Assembly (NCBI GenBank): GCA_963781885.1
Contig: CAWAHW010000001.1
Span: 160,001 to 224,000 of the forward strand
DNA length: 64,000 nt
DNA from: an uncultured Spirochaetota bacterium
GTDB lineage: Bacteria > Spirochaetota > Spirochaetia > SZUA-6 > Fen-1364
Direction of reading: 5' to 3'
In this document: positions 1 through 10,284 of the stretch, piece after piece
Layout: every line of letters starts with the position of its first letter
Numbering within the stretch: position 1 is the stretch's first letter
The notes under the pieces: model-generated
Told to the model about the DNA's origin: nothing
The model's input: the letters and a program-made list of their open reading frames with translations, nothing else
The model's database searches: none
Translations under genes and position numbers: made by a program

Positions 1-838
1 GGCAGCCTACATGGCGCTGCGCATCCACAGCCTTTTTGCCTGGGCCGCCGTCCTCATCCTCGTGATCCTCCTGTTCACCTCCCTCCTGCCAAGGGCCCGG
101 AAGCTCGGGCCTGCGGTGGCACGGCTGCTCGCGCCCGCGGGTCCCGTGACGTGCAGCCTGGAGGATATCAAGGAGCTGAAACGCATCTTCACCTCCCTGA
201 CCGGCACGCCGCGCGTGGTGCTTTCCGGCGTGAGCTTCGCTTATCGCCGCCAACGCCCCATTCTCCAAGGCATCGACATGTCCGTCTCGGCGCGGGAGAT
301 CGCCGTGGTCACCGGGGAGAGCGGCATCGGAAAGACCACCCTCCTGAAGCTTGTTGCCTCACTGCTTGCGCCCGTGGAAGGGAAAGTCGAAAGCCCCGCG
401 CGCATCGGCTACGTCTTCCAGGACGACAGGCTCCTGCCCTGGCGCACGGTGGCCGACAACACGGCCCTGCCCCTGCTCTACCAGGGTTACCCCCGCAAGA
501 ACGCGCTGTGCTTCGCCTCCTACCTGCTTGCGGAGGCGGGACTGGGCGGTGAGGAAGGGAAGAAGCCCGACGAGCTTTCCGGCGGCATGAAAAAGCGCGC
601 CTCGCTCGCCCGGTGCTTCGCGCGGCTTCCCGATGCCATCCTGATGGACGAGCCATTTTCCGGGCTGCATGCCGATGCGCGCAGCGAGCTCTGGGGCATG
701 TTCCTCAGGCTCCACGCCTTGCATCCCGTGCCGACTCTCATCGTCACGCATTATCCCGAGGAGATCGCCGACCGCGCGGCCTGCCGCCTGTACACGCTGC
801 AGGGCTCCCCGGCCCGGCTTGTGAGCGGGTCGCCGTGA
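1..838 (+). CDS. ABC transporter ATP-binding protein (NitT/TauT type), probably fused to the C-terminus of a permease; 5' end may lie outside the window
   Basis: Walker A GESGIGKT, signature LSGGMKKR, Walker B ILMDEP. A hydrophobic helix LFAWAAVLILVILLF lies at the N-terminus and the frame is open to the window edge. Confidence 0.8.
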   Translation, partial: AAYMALRIHSLFAWAAVLILVILLFTSLLPRARKLGPAVARLLAPAGPVTCSLEDIKELKRIFTSLTGTPRVVLSGVSFAYRRQRPILQGIDMSVSAREIAVVTGESGIGKTTLLKLVASLLAPVEGKVESPARIGYVFQDDRLLPWRTVADNTALPLLYQGYPRKNALCFASYLLAEAGLGGEEGKKPDELSGGMKKRASLARCFARLPDAILMDEPFSGLHADARSELWGMFLRLHALHPVPTLIVTHYPEEIADRAACRLYTLQGSPARLVSGSP

Positions 839-2181
839 GCATCGCGTCGTTGAAAGCCGTCTCCGCGCGCATCCAGGCAGCGGCTCTGGCGGCGGCGGAC
901 CCCTGCGCCGCGGTGCGCCGCGCCATCTCGCTCCACGGTGACACGCTTGCGGCGGCAGGATTCAGCATGGAGGCGCGCGGCAAACTCTCCCTTATCGCGG
1001 TGGGCAAGGCCTCGGTCGCGATGACGCGCGGCGCACTGGACCGTGTGGGCTCCCGGCTTTCCGCGGGCATCGTGGTCCATCCCCACGGTTATCCCGTCGG
1101 TGGGCTCTCGGACCGGCGCCTGGCGCTTTACGCCTCCGCGCATCCGTTGCCCGACGCGAGCGGGCTCGCCGCGGCCGGCAGGATTCTTGCGGCCGTTGAC
1201 GCCATGGGTGAAGACGAGCTCTGCCTCGTGCTTCTCTCCGGCGGCGGCTCCAGCCTTCTCCCCTGTCCCCTGCCGCCCCTCACGCTCGACGAGGTGATGG
1301 AGACGACCCGGCTCCTTCTTGCCAGTGGTGCCGACATCCACGAGCTGAACACGGTCCGCAAGCATCTGAGCGCCGTGGCAGGAGGAAGGCTTGCCGCCCG
1401 ATGCGCAGGCGTCATCGTGACCCTTGCCATCTCGGACGTGGTGGGGGACGACCCTGCCGTCATCGCCTCGGGGCCGACGGTCGCTGACCCCACCACATTT
1501 GCCGATGCGGCGGGTGTGCTTCGCCGCCATAGGCTGCTGGAGAGGGCGCCCCGGGCCGTGACGGCACTCCTGGAAGAAGGCTGCGCCGGCCGGAGAGCGG
1601 AGACGCCGAAGACGCTTCCTTCGCGCCATCTCTATTCCGTGATCGCGTCGGGCAATGTCGCGGCGGAAGCTGCGGCGGCAGAGGCGAGCCGGTGCGGCTT
1701 CACCCCGCTCATTGTGACGACGTCCCTGGAGGGAGAGGCGCGGGAGGCGGGACGGCTCCTGGCCTCGGTCGGCAAGGAATGCAAGGCGCATGGCAGACCC
1801 CTCCCCGCGCCCGCCTGCATTATTGCCGCAGGAGAGACCACGGTCACGGTCACCGGCAGCGGCACGGGCGGCAGAAATCAGGAGATCGCGCTCTCTGCCG
1901 CAACGGCGCTGCGCGGTGAGCCCTCCGTGCTTCTCACGTCATTTGCAACGGACGGAAAAGAAGGCAACACCGATGCAGCGGGAGCCTACGCCTCGAGCCT
2001 GACGGTCGCGGCCGGCGCTGCCCGGGGTCTGGATCCACACGCCTGTCTTCGCGACAACGATGCCCACCGGTTCCTCTCCGCCGCGGGAGAGGTGATCGCC
2101 ACCGGCCCCACCGGCACGAACGTGAACGACCTCACGTTTCTGTTGGTGGAGCAAGAGCCGGTTGCCCCATCACGATCCTGA
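835..2181 (+). CDS. Glycerate kinase type 2 (DUF4147/MOFRL)
   Basis: Motifs AVGKAS, LSGGGSSL, ELNTVRKHLS, ISDVVGD, GETTV, GGRNQE, TGPTGTNVND. GTG start overlaps the upstream TGA (GTGA). Confidence 0.9.
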   Translation: MSIASLKAVSARIQAAALAAADPCAAVRRAISLHGDTLAAAGFSMEARGKLSLIAVGKASVAMTRGALDRVGSRLSAGIVVHPHGYPVGGLSDRRLALYASAHPLPDASGLAAAGRILAAVDAMGEDELCLVLLSGGGSSLLPCPLPPLTLDEVMETTRLLLASGADIHELNTVRKHLSAVAGGRLAARCAGVIVTLAISDVVGDDPAVIASGPTVADPTTFADAAGVLRRHRLLERAPRAVTALLEEGCAGRRAETPKTLPSRHLYSVIASGNVAAEAAAAEASRCGFTPLIVTTSLEGEAREAGRLLASVGKECKAHGRPLPAPACIIAAGETTVTVTGSGTGGRNQEIALSAATALRGEPSVLLTSFATDGKEGNTDAAGAYASSLTVAAGAARGLDPHACLRDNDAHRFLSAAGEVIATGPTGTNVNDLTFLLVEQEPVAPSRS

Positions 2182-2258
2182 AAGGCGTGCACGGTCACGC
2201 CGGCCGTTTCGGCGGGTCGCATTGACTTCTGCTCCTCCGCGCTGCACACTGGTTTGTT

Positions 2259-3053
2259 GTGTCATTTCTCGAGCGATTGAGCAGGTCCACGGTCGTCAAG
2301 AACGTCCTGACGCTGATCGTCTATGCGTTCTACGCCTGCGTGCTGGGCGCAAGCCTCGCTCCGTCGCTGCTTCTCATCATCTGGGCTTTCGGTCGCATGC
2401 TGTCCCCGGCCATACTGTCCGGGGCAATCCCCGGTCTGGGATCGATCGTGCTCTTCTGCCTGTTCCTCGGCCTGTCGGCATTCGTCTTCTTTTTCTTCGG
2501 CCTGCTCCTGATGGGAGCCATCATTCGTCTCTTCTCCCTCGGCGTGAAGCCTGGCCGGCATGAAGCGGCGTCGACAACGGTGCTCCTGTGGATCGTCCTG
2601 AACGGCGTCTGGACGCTCGCGTTGCGCCTCATCCTGCCGCTCGTGCCCATGACCCCGTTCTCCCAGATGTTCCATCGCCTCTCGGGGTGCAGGATCGGCA
2701 AAAATGTCTGGATCAACACGATCAACATGGTCGACTGCTACATGGTGAGCATCGGCGACAATACGGTGATCGGGGGAGATGCAATAATCTCACCCCACGT
2801 CTTTGAGGACGGCAAGCTCCTCATCCAGCGCATCACGATCGGGAAAAACTGCCTCATCGGGGGCCATTCCTACATCAGCCCGGGCGTGACGATCGGAGAC
2901 GGGAGCATGATCGGCATGAAGGTGTACGTCCGCAAGGGCAGACACATACCGCCGGGGTCGCGCCTGACAGCCGTGGCAGGGCTGTCGTTCCGAGGCGCCC
3001 TCGACCTCGAGCGGGAAACGTATCGGAAGCTGCGCTCCGCGATCAGGAACTAG
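2259..3053 (+). CDS. Membrane-anchored hexapeptide-repeat (left-handed beta-helix) acyltransferase-like protein
   Basis: N-terminal TM helices, then IGKNVW/IGDNTV/IGKNCL/IGDGSM repeats. TTGACT-17-CACACT lies upstream. Confidence 0.75.
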   Translation: MSFLERLSRSTVVKNVLTLIVYAFYACVLGASLAPSLLLIIWAFGRMLSPAILSGAIPGLGSIVLFCLFLGLSAFVFFFFGLLLMGAIIRLFSLGVKPGRHEAASTTVLLWIVLNGVWTLALRLILPLVPMTPFSQMFHRLSGCRIGKNVWINTINMVDCYMVSIGDNTVIGGDAIISPHVFEDGKLLIQRITIGKNCLIGGHSYISPGVTIGDGSMIGMKVYVRKGRHIPPGSRLTAVAGLSFRGALDLERETYRKLRSAIRN

Positions 3054-3473
3054 GCGGGAAGGAGCTTCGCGGAGAGCGTGATCGTCGGTCCCGCAAGCGC
3101 CTTGGAAACGGGGCAGTCCTTCTTTGCCTTTTCAGCAAGCTTCTGGAAATCCGCCTCGGAAACTCCCGGGCACCACGGCTTCCGTGGATAGCTCTATCAG
3201 TGCGATCTTCGGCCCTTCCTCGAGGTGCACCGTCGCGGTGGTGCGCACATGCGTGGGCACGTGACCGGCGTCGGTGAGGAGAGCGGAGAGGAACATCGAG
3301 AAACACCCTGCGTGCGCCGCGCCGATCAGCTCTTCAGGATTCGTCCCCTTGCCGGATTCGAAGCGCGAGGCAAAGGTGTACGGGCCTTCCCAGGTGCCGC
3401 TTCCCAGCTTCATGGCGCCGGAACCTTCTTTCAGGGAGCCCTTCCATTCAGCCGTTGATGCACGAACTGCCAT
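3050..3473 (-). CDS. osmC: OsmC-family peroxiredoxin (frameshift at ~3168, probably a sequencing error)
   Basis: GTNPEELIGAAHAGCFSM. Removing one G restores ...PGVSEADFQKLAEKAKKDCPVSKAL..., with the second Cys and TAG at 3050-3052. Confidence 0.9.
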
Positions 3474-3544
3474 GATAACCTCCACTCCCGCCGCTGCGCG
3501 CAGCGCACCAGCAAGATCAAGGTACTGACGCCGCGCGCAAGGCG

Positions 3545-4735
3545 TCAATGCGACGTTCTTTGGATGCCGCGGAAGGCCTCCGCCATGCGCGTCAGGCATT
3601 CATCGAGGATGCGCCGGGGGCAGGCAAGATTGATGCGCTGCATGCCTTCCCCTCCCTTTCCGAACATCGGCCCTTCGTCAAACCAGACCTTCGCCCTGCC
3701 CAGCAGGAATTCGTTGAGCTGTTGGTCGTTCATGCCCAGGCCGCGCATGTCCAGGAGCGCCAGGTATGTGCCTTCCAGCGGAAAGGCCGTTACCGCCGGC
3801 AGCTCCCGGGCCAGATAGTCCGTCATATACCGGTCGTTCGCCAGCACGTAGGCGCGAAGCTCGTCCAGCCATGCATCGCCCTTGCGCCAGGCCGCCTCGG
3901 CGGCGGCAGCCGCAATTGCATTCGCCGGGCCGGCAAAGAGCGCGCTGTGAGTCTTTTCCAGCCGGGCGCGCAGCCGGGGATCCGGCACGACGGAAAGCGC
4001 GCCGCCCAGACCCGCAAGGTTGAATGTCTTTGTCGCCGACAGGAGCGTGACGCTGACGGCCGCCGCCTCGGGAGAGACGGCGGCGATGGGCACGTGATGG
4101 AAGCCGGGCATCGTAAGGTCGCAGTGTATTTCGTCACTGACGATCACGACGCCGCGCGCGGCGCAGATCGCCGCCAGGTCGCGCAGGGTGTCCGGCTCCC
4201 ACACGCGCGCAACCGGGTTGTGCGGGCTGCAGAGGACGAGCATGCGCGTGCCGGCATCCATCACTTTTTCAAGGCCGTCGAGGTCCATTTCCCATCGGTT
4301 GCCGATGAGCCACAGGGGGTTTTCCACCACGCGGCGCCCATTCCCCCTGATGCGGAGCGGGAACGGGTAATAGACAGGCGGTTGGATCACGACGCCGTCT
4401 CCTGGTTCGGTGAGCGCAAGGATCGCGGCAACGAGCCCCGGGATGACGCCCGGCGTCGGGAGCATCCAGTCGCGCGTCACGGTCCAGCCGTGCCGTCTCT
4501 GGAGCCAGGCTATGGCCGCGTCGAACCAGGAATCCGGCTCCAGCGTGTAGCCGAATATGCGCTGATCCACCCTTGCCTGTATCGCCTCCTGGATTTCCGG
4601 GGGCGCGCGGAAGTCCATGTCGGCAACCCAGAGCGGAAGAAGCCCGCTCCGGCCGGGCGCAAAGCGCTGCGCGAAGTCCCACTTCAGGGAGCTCGTGCCC
4701 CGGCGGTCGATCACGGTATCGAAATCGTAGCCCAT
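3545..4735 (-). CDS. patB: PatB/MalY PLP-dependent cystathionine beta-lyase
   Basis: LPLWVADMDF, LCSPHNP, SDEIHCD, SATKTFNLAG, RINLACP. Confidence 0.9.
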   Translation of the reverse strand: MGYDFDTVIDRRGTSSLKWDFAQRFAPGRSGLLPLWVADMDFRAPPEIQEAIQARVDQRIFGYTLEPDSWFDAAIAWLQRRHGWTVTRDWMLPTPGVIPGLVAAILALTEPGDGVVIQPPVYYPFPLRIRGNGRRVVENPLWLIGNRWEMDLDGLEKVMDAGTRMLVLCSPHNPVARVWEPDTLRDLAAICAARGVVIVSDEIHCDLTMPGFHHVPIAAVSPEAAAVSVTLLSATKTFNLAGLGGALSVVPDPRLRARLEKTHSALFAGPANAIAAAAAEAAWRKGDAWLDELRAYVLANDRYMTDYLARELPAVTAFPLEGTYLALLDMRGLGMNDQQLNEFLLGRAKVWFDEGPMFGKGGEGMQRINLACPRRILDECLTRMAEAFRGIQRTSH

Positions 4736-4766
4736 AACGTATTATATTGATGCAAGGAGGTACCCC

Positions 4767-5435
4767 ATGGCAACGGAGGACACCTTCTCTCCCGCCCCCC
4801 TTCCCCTTACCTTCACGTTATATGGTCATGCCACGCTGTCGATGACCTACGGCACCACGGTAATCCACGTGGACCCGGTCCGGGACTTCGCCGACTATTC
4901 CCGGGCAGCCAGGGCAGACATCATCCTGGTCACCCACGAGCACTCCGATCACCTCGACCTCGAGGCCATCGCCGCGCTGCGCAAGGACACCACTTCCATC
5001 GTGGTCGGTTCCAAGTGCGCGGGCAAGGTCAACGGCGCCATCGTCCTGCACAACGGGGACTCCCGCTCGCTTTCCGGCATCCGCATCGAGGCGGTGCCGG
5101 CGTACAATGTCGCGCACGAGCGGGCGCCCGGCGTGCCCTTCCATCCCAAAGGAAACGGCAACGGCTACGTGCTGACGCTGGGGGACCGCCGGGTCTACAT
5201 CGCCGGCGACACCGAGAACACGCGGGAGATGAAAGCGCTGAAAGGCATCGACATCGCCTTCCTGCCGATGAACCTGCCCTACACGATGACGCCCGAAATG
5301 GTCGCGGATGCGGCGCTCGCCTTCCGCCCGAAGATCCTTTACCCGTACCACGTCGGGGACACGGACACGTCGAGGCTCACGTCCCTGCTTGCCTCGGCGA
5401 AGGACATCGAGGTACGCATCAGACCGATGAAATAG
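4767..5435 (+). CDS. Metallo-beta-lactamase-fold hydrolase
   Basis: THEHSDH, YIAGDT, PYTM. SD AAGGAGG upstream. Confidence 0.85.
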   Translation: MATEDTFSPAPLPLTFTLYGHATLSMTYGTTVIHVDPVRDFADYSRAARADIILVTHEHSDHLDLEAIAALRKDTTSIVVGSKCAGKVNGAIVLHNGDSRSLSGIRIEAVPAYNVAHERAPGVPFHPKGNGNGYVLTLGDRRVYIAGDTENTREMKALKGIDIAFLPMNLPYTMTPEMVADAALAFRPKILYPYHVGDTDTSRLTSLLASAKDIEVRIRPMK

Positions 5436-5508
5436 GTCGATTGACTCGGCATCTTGTTCGACCCCATGATGCCGTGTGGGCCGTACGGGCCCCCGAAAGA
5501 AGGAAATC

Positions 5509-6778
5509 ATGAAGCGAAGCGCGCTCTTGTGCGCAATCCTGATGGCGTGCCTGGGATCCGCCGTGGCGGCGGCTCCCGTCGAGGTGAGCCTGGCCTACCC
5601 TGTTGCCGTCGATGCCCCGATCACGGCGATGCTGAAGGGCTGGGCGCAGGACTACATGATGAAGAATCCCGACGTGAAGGTGAACCTGATCTTTTCCGGC
5701 GGCTACCCCGACGTAAAGACCGCCATCCAGACCGCCATCCAGGGCGGCGCCACCCCGCCGACGCTGGCGGTGATGCTCGCCACCGACGTATACGACCTTG
5801 TGAACGCGAAATACGTCGACAGCCTGGATGACCTCGTGGCCGCGGCCCCCGGTGGAGCGGCTTTCATCAAGGACTTCCTGCCGGCCTACATGGGCAACTC
5901 CCACTACAAGGGCAAGCTGTGGAGCGTCCCCTTCCAGCGCTCGGCTGTGGTCTTGTACTACAACGCCGACCTTTTCGCCGCCGCGAAGCTCGCGCCGCCG
6001 AAAAGCTGGGACGAGCTGGGCAAGGACGCCCAGGCCCTGACGGTTGACGGGGGAAAGACGCGCTGGGGCATCGAGATCCCGACAGAGAATCCTTACTGGA
6101 CATTCCAGCCCCTGGCCATCGGCGCGGGCAAGAACGTCTTCACCGACGATGTGACGCTCAACTTCAACGCGCCCGAGGTGATCGACGCGGTGCAGTTCTA
6201 CATGGACCTGAGCCAGAAATACAAGGCAACACCCCCGGGAGTACAGGTGAGCTGGGGCTCATCCACGCAGAACTTCGCTGCCGGAAAGACGGCAATGATC
6301 ATTCACACGACCGGAAGCCTTGCCGGCATCCTCAAGACGGCCAAGTTCAAGGTCGGCGTCATGGCGGTCCCCGGAAAGATCGCGGGCACGCTGGCGAGCG
6401 TCACCGGCGGCGGAAACCTGTATCTCACCGCCGGCCACAGCGCCGCGGAGAGGAAGGCCGCCTTCGCCTTCGCCCAGTACCTCCTGGATCCGTCGCGCGT
6501 TGCCACTTTCAGCCAGGCAACCGGGTACATCCCGCACCGCACCTCGGCGGCGGCGACGCCCGAGTTCAAGGCGTGGCTCGCGCAGGTGCCCCAGGCGGCC
6601 GATGCATTCGCCGCCCTTTCATCGGCACCAGCCGGAGCTTGCGACGCAGAACCTGAACGCCGTGAAGACGATATTCAACAAGTACCTGCAGACCGCGTTC
6701 AACGGCACCCAGACACCCAAGGATGCCATGAACGCCGCGCAGAGCGAATCCGACAAGGCCCTGGCGGACTACCGCTAG
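5509..6778 (+). CDS. ABC transporter substrate-binding protein (UgpB-like); frameshift at ~6628
   Basis: Signal peptide and PFQRSAVVLYYNADLF. The C-terminus QPELATQ...KALADYR continues in another frame. Confidence 0.85.
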
Positions 6779-6826
6779 AGCCCGAGAGAGGTTGGCGTCA
6801 CGAAGCGCTACCGCATCCTGCCGTAC

Positions 6827-7675
6827 GTGCTCGTGGCGCCGACCCTCGTTTTCGTCTGCCTGTTCACGCTGCTTCCGCTGGGAGAAGTCCTGGTCGGGAG
6901 CCTCTTCAAGCACAAGCTCAACATCCCGAAGTACCAGGTGCCGGTCTTTGCAGGGTTCGGCAATTTCTCGGACCTGTTCCGGGATCCCGAGTTCCTGCAG
7001 GTCGCTACGAATACGGGCATCTATCTCCTGGCGCTCATTCCCCTCCTGCTGATCGCGGCCCTTTTGCTGGCATTCCTCCTGGAAGGCAAGATCAGGGGAC
7101 TGGCCTTTTTCCGGCTCGCGGCATTCCATCCCACCGTGCTCCCGCTGGTGAGCGCCGCGACGATCTGGATGTTCTTCCTTACCCCCGGGTACGGTCTCTG
7201 GAACCAGTTCCTTCGGCTTTTCGGCTACGCGGGACCTGAAAACTGGCTGGGCAACCCCTCCCTTGCGATCTTCGCCCTCGCGCTCGTGGCTTTCTGGAAA
7301 AATGTCGGCTTCCTCATGCTCTTCTTCCTGACCGGCCTGCAGAATCTCGACCGGTCCGTGGTCGAGGCCGCCCGCATGGACGGGTCCGGGGGCCTGCGCC
7401 TGGTCACGCGCATCATCCTTCCCCTGATCCGGCGCCAGACGCTCTTTGTCACGACGATCGCCTTCATCGGCGCATTCCAGACGGTCGACCACGTCTTCGT
7501 CCTGACACAGGGAGGGCCCAGCGGCACGAGCACGCTGCCCCTGTACTACCTCTGGCAGCTTCGTTTCGACCGTATGGACGTCGGCCGCGGAGATGCGGTC
7601 ACGCTGATGCTCGTCCTCGCGCTGCTCGCCTTCACGGTCACCAATACCCTCATCAGTGAACGACATGAAAAATAG
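6827..7675 (+). CDS. Carbohydrate ABC permease (UgpA-like); start uncertain
   Basis: EAARMDG loop, LTQGGP, multiple TM helices. Confidence 0.88.
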   Translation: MLVAPTLVFVCLFTLLPLGEVLVGSLFKHKLNIPKYQVPVFAGFGNFSDLFRDPEFLQVATNTGIYLLALIPLLLIAALLLAFLLEGKIRGLAFFRLAAFHPTVLPLVSAATIWMFFLTPGYGLWNQFLRLFGYAGPENWLGNPSLAIFALALVAFWKNVGFLMLFFLTGLQNLDRSVVEAARMDGSGGLRLVTRIILPLIRRQTLFVTTIAFIGAFQTVDHVFVLTQGGPSGTSTLPLYYLWQLRFDRMDVGRGDAVTLMLVLALLAFTVTNTLISERHEK

Positions 7676-8489
7676 GTTCGCTTCTTTCTCCCGTTTCGTC
7701 GTCCTCTGTATCCTGTCGATCCTGATGCTCGCTCCCCTGGTCTGGGCCGTGGCGGCGTCACTGCGGCCGCCCGAGTTTCCCTTCGCGCTGGGAAATGTCT
7801 TCTTCCATTCCACCCTCAGCCTTGCCAATTACGTCAAGGCATTTGCCCTTGCGCCATTCGCCCGGTACTACGCGAACACGCTCATGCAGGTCGGCGCGAT
7901 CATCGGCTTCCAGGTCGTCACCGCGAGCCTTGCGGCCTTTGCATTCGCGCGGTATCGCTTCAAAGGAGACCAGGCGCTCTTCACGATCATCCTTTTGCAG
8001 ATGATGATCCCGACGGCGGCCCTCCTCGTGCCGAACTTCGCCACGATCCGCTTCCTCCACCTGTACGACACCATCCCCGGCATCGCCCTGCCCTTCTTCG
8101 GCTCGGCCTTCGCCACGTTCCTCCTGCGCCAGAGCTTCCTGTCGCTGCCCCGGGACCTCGCGGACGCCGCGGCCATCGACGGCTGCCGTTGGGACCAGGA
8201 GCTGCGCCACGTGTATCTGTCCACGTCGAAGGCGTCGCTCGCCGCGATCGTCCTCTCGTCCCTGTCCTTCCATTGGAACGATTTCCTCTGGCCCCTCGTG
8301 GTCACACAGTCGGACAATGTCCGGCCGCTCACGGCGGGCCTCGTGCGCTTCACGCAGATGGGAGAGATCGGGGCGCAGTGGGGTCTGCTCTCGGCGGCAA
8401 CGATGATCGTCACCCTGCCCCTGCTGGTGGCCTTTGTAGTCTTTCAGAAGCAGTTCGTCAGGGGCTACATCTCGTCGGGCATCAAATGA
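7665..8489 (+). CDS. Carbohydrate ABC permease (UgpE-like)
   Basis: DAAAIDG, WNDFLWPLVV, QKQFVRG. Confidence 0.88.
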   Translation: MKNRFASFSRFVVLCILSILMLAPLVWAVAASLRPPEFPFALGNVFFHSTLSLANYVKAFALAPFARYYANTLMQVGAIIGFQVVTASLAAFAFARYRFKGDQALFTIILLQMMIPTAALLVPNFATIRFLHLYDTIPGIALPFFGSAFATFLLRQSFLSLPRDLADAAAIDGCRWDQELRHVYLSTSKASLAAIVLSSLSFHWNDFLWPLVVTQSDNVRPLTAGLVRFTQMGEIGAQWGLLSAATMIVTLPLLVAFVVFQKQFVRGYISSGIK

Positions 8490-8529
8490 AAAACGCCGTC
8501 CGCCTCAGGCGATGAATGGGAGCGGCTCG

Positions 8530-10284
8530 TCACGCCACCGGGGACCGGCCCAGGCGTCTGAGCGTCCGCACGACGCACGAATCCGCCTCATCGCCTGCGG
8601 GATGTTCGGCGAGAGTCCGATACAGCTCGATGCACGCCTGCTCGTAGCCGATCCCCGCCAGCGCCGCGATGATGCGGGTCGCCCTGTCCACGAGCTTCTT
8701 GTTCGTCGCGTTGACCTGGATCATCCAGTTTCCCCAGATCCGCCCGAGCCTTCCCATGGTGCCGGTGGACACCGTGTTGAAGATGAGCTTCACGGCCAGA
8801 TGGGAGAAAAGGTTCATCGATGTGCGCGGAAGTCCGATCGGGATGCGGATGGCGGGCAATCCTTCACGCCCGCGCGCGCCCTCCGCGGCGTCGATGGCGA
8901 GGACGGTCTTGCGCGGATAGCCGCCCGCTTCCCGCGCCAGATACCCCTCCACGCCCGCCGAAGGCGCGCCGCCGACCGTGACCGCGATCAGCGCGGAGAC
9001 GGGGGCTTCGCGGCGACTCGGATCCGGCTCGCTGCCGATGGCGTAGCGATAGATCTCCCCGACATCGAGCGCGGGCGGCTGCGCGATCATGCGCGCGGTC
9101 CCCTTCATGGCGATGTAGTCGTCACGCGTCCAGCTGATGCCGCGCGGCGCGCGGCGCAGCATGTGGTCCCACGCGTCGTGCGTGGCGCGCACGGGGTCCT
9201 TCACGAATGCCCAGGAGGGAGGCGATGAGACGTCATCCACGGTGCGGAAAGGCGGGACCATGAACGTGGGGGTGCGCTCCGTAGTGTCGGAGATGATGTC
9301 GAGCAGGTACTCGTCCGTGGCATAGGTGACGAGGCCGCGCGCTTTGTAGATGTCGGACTCGAGCTCCATCGCGGCGGCGATCCCGGCAAGGGCCGCTCCA
9401 GATGAAAGCCCGTCCACCAGACGATCGAAGCCGGCCGCATAGTCGAACGCGCCCGCCGGGCGCCGGTCCTCCGCGATGAGCGCGGCCGCCTGCTCGAGGG
9501 CCGCCCCGACCACGAGCATCTCGGAGCTCGTCGCCTGAAGGCGCGTGGAACCGGAAAGCGCCATGGGGCCCGTGAACAGATCGATCTTCACGATGCCCGG
9601 ACACTGGATCACCTCGCGCGACCGCTCGATGTGCGCGGCCAGCACGTCTGCCGGATTGTTGAAGACAAAGAAAACCGAGCAGCCGCGCTCATGGGCCTCC
9701 CACGCGGTGCCGATCACCGACGAGGTCTCCCCTCCCTCAGTGATGGCCACGAGGAGGTCGCCCCGCGAAAGACCGAGATCCCGGACCTGACGCCTTCCGA
9801 ACTCCTGGAAATCCTCGAAGTTCTCCACGGACCTGATGAGGGCGCGGTCTCCGCCGGTCATGATGCTGAAAGCCTGCGCTGCCAGGCGCCGACATTTCAC
9901 CGCCCCCGCGGGGTCCGTCCGTTCTGCGCGCAACGCCTCCTCCCCCCAGTACTCGCGCCACATCCGTTCGAGGATGATGGCGAGCCGGCCCGTTGCGCCG
10001 CATCCCGAGAAGCCGATCCTCTTTCCTTCGCGCGCGGCGCGCACGATTTCGCGGACGAGCGCCTCATAGGGGGCGCTTCTGAAGACCTCGGCCGCGCGCG
10101 GCGGAATGTCGCGGTCCACGGAAAGGAGCAGCGCGGCGCCCGCGGCGGCGTCCCGCTGCACGGTTGCGCTGAAGTCCTTTGTCCGGGGATGGGGGCCTTC
10201 GGTGGGAAGAATGCCGAGGTGGAACTGCGTCTCTTCCCGGATGAAGCGGCGCGCCTCGATGAGCGCCGCGTCCGCCCCGCTCAT
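8530..10284 (-). CDS. MurQ/glucokinase-regulatory-protein-like SIS-domain protein (~584 aa)
   Basis: GCGATGRL, GPMALSGSTRLQA and KLIFNTVSTGTMGRLG...NATNKKLVDRA resemble MurQ. ATGA overlap with the upstream gene. Confidence 0.7.
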   Translation of the reverse strand: MSGADAALIEARRFIREETQFHLGILPTEGPHPRTKDFSATVQRDAAAGAALLLSVDRDIPPRAAEVFRSAPYEALVREIVRAAREGKRIGFSGCGATGRLAIILERMWREYWGEEALRAERTDPAGAVKCRRLAAQAFSIMTGGDRALIRSVENFEDFQEFGRRQVRDLGLSRGDLLVAITEGGETSSVIGTAWEAHERGCSVFFVFNNPADVLAAHIERSREVIQCPGIVKIDLFTGPMALSGSTRLQATSSEMLVVGAALEQAAALIAEDRRPAGAFDYAAGFDRLVDGLSSGAALAGIAAAMELESDIYKARGLVTYATDEYLLDIISDTTERTPTFMVPPFRTVDDVSSPPSWAFVKDPVRATHDAWDHMLRRAPRGISWTRDDYIAMKGTARMIAQPPALDVGEIYRYAIGSEPDPSRREAPVSALIAVTVGGAPSAGVEGYLAREAGGYPRKTVLAIDAAEGARGREGLPAIRIPIGLPRTSMNLFSHLAVKLIFNTVSTGTMGRLGRIWGNWMIQVNATNKKLVDRATRIIAALAGIGYEQACIELYRTLAEHPAGDEADSCVVRTLRRLGRSPVA

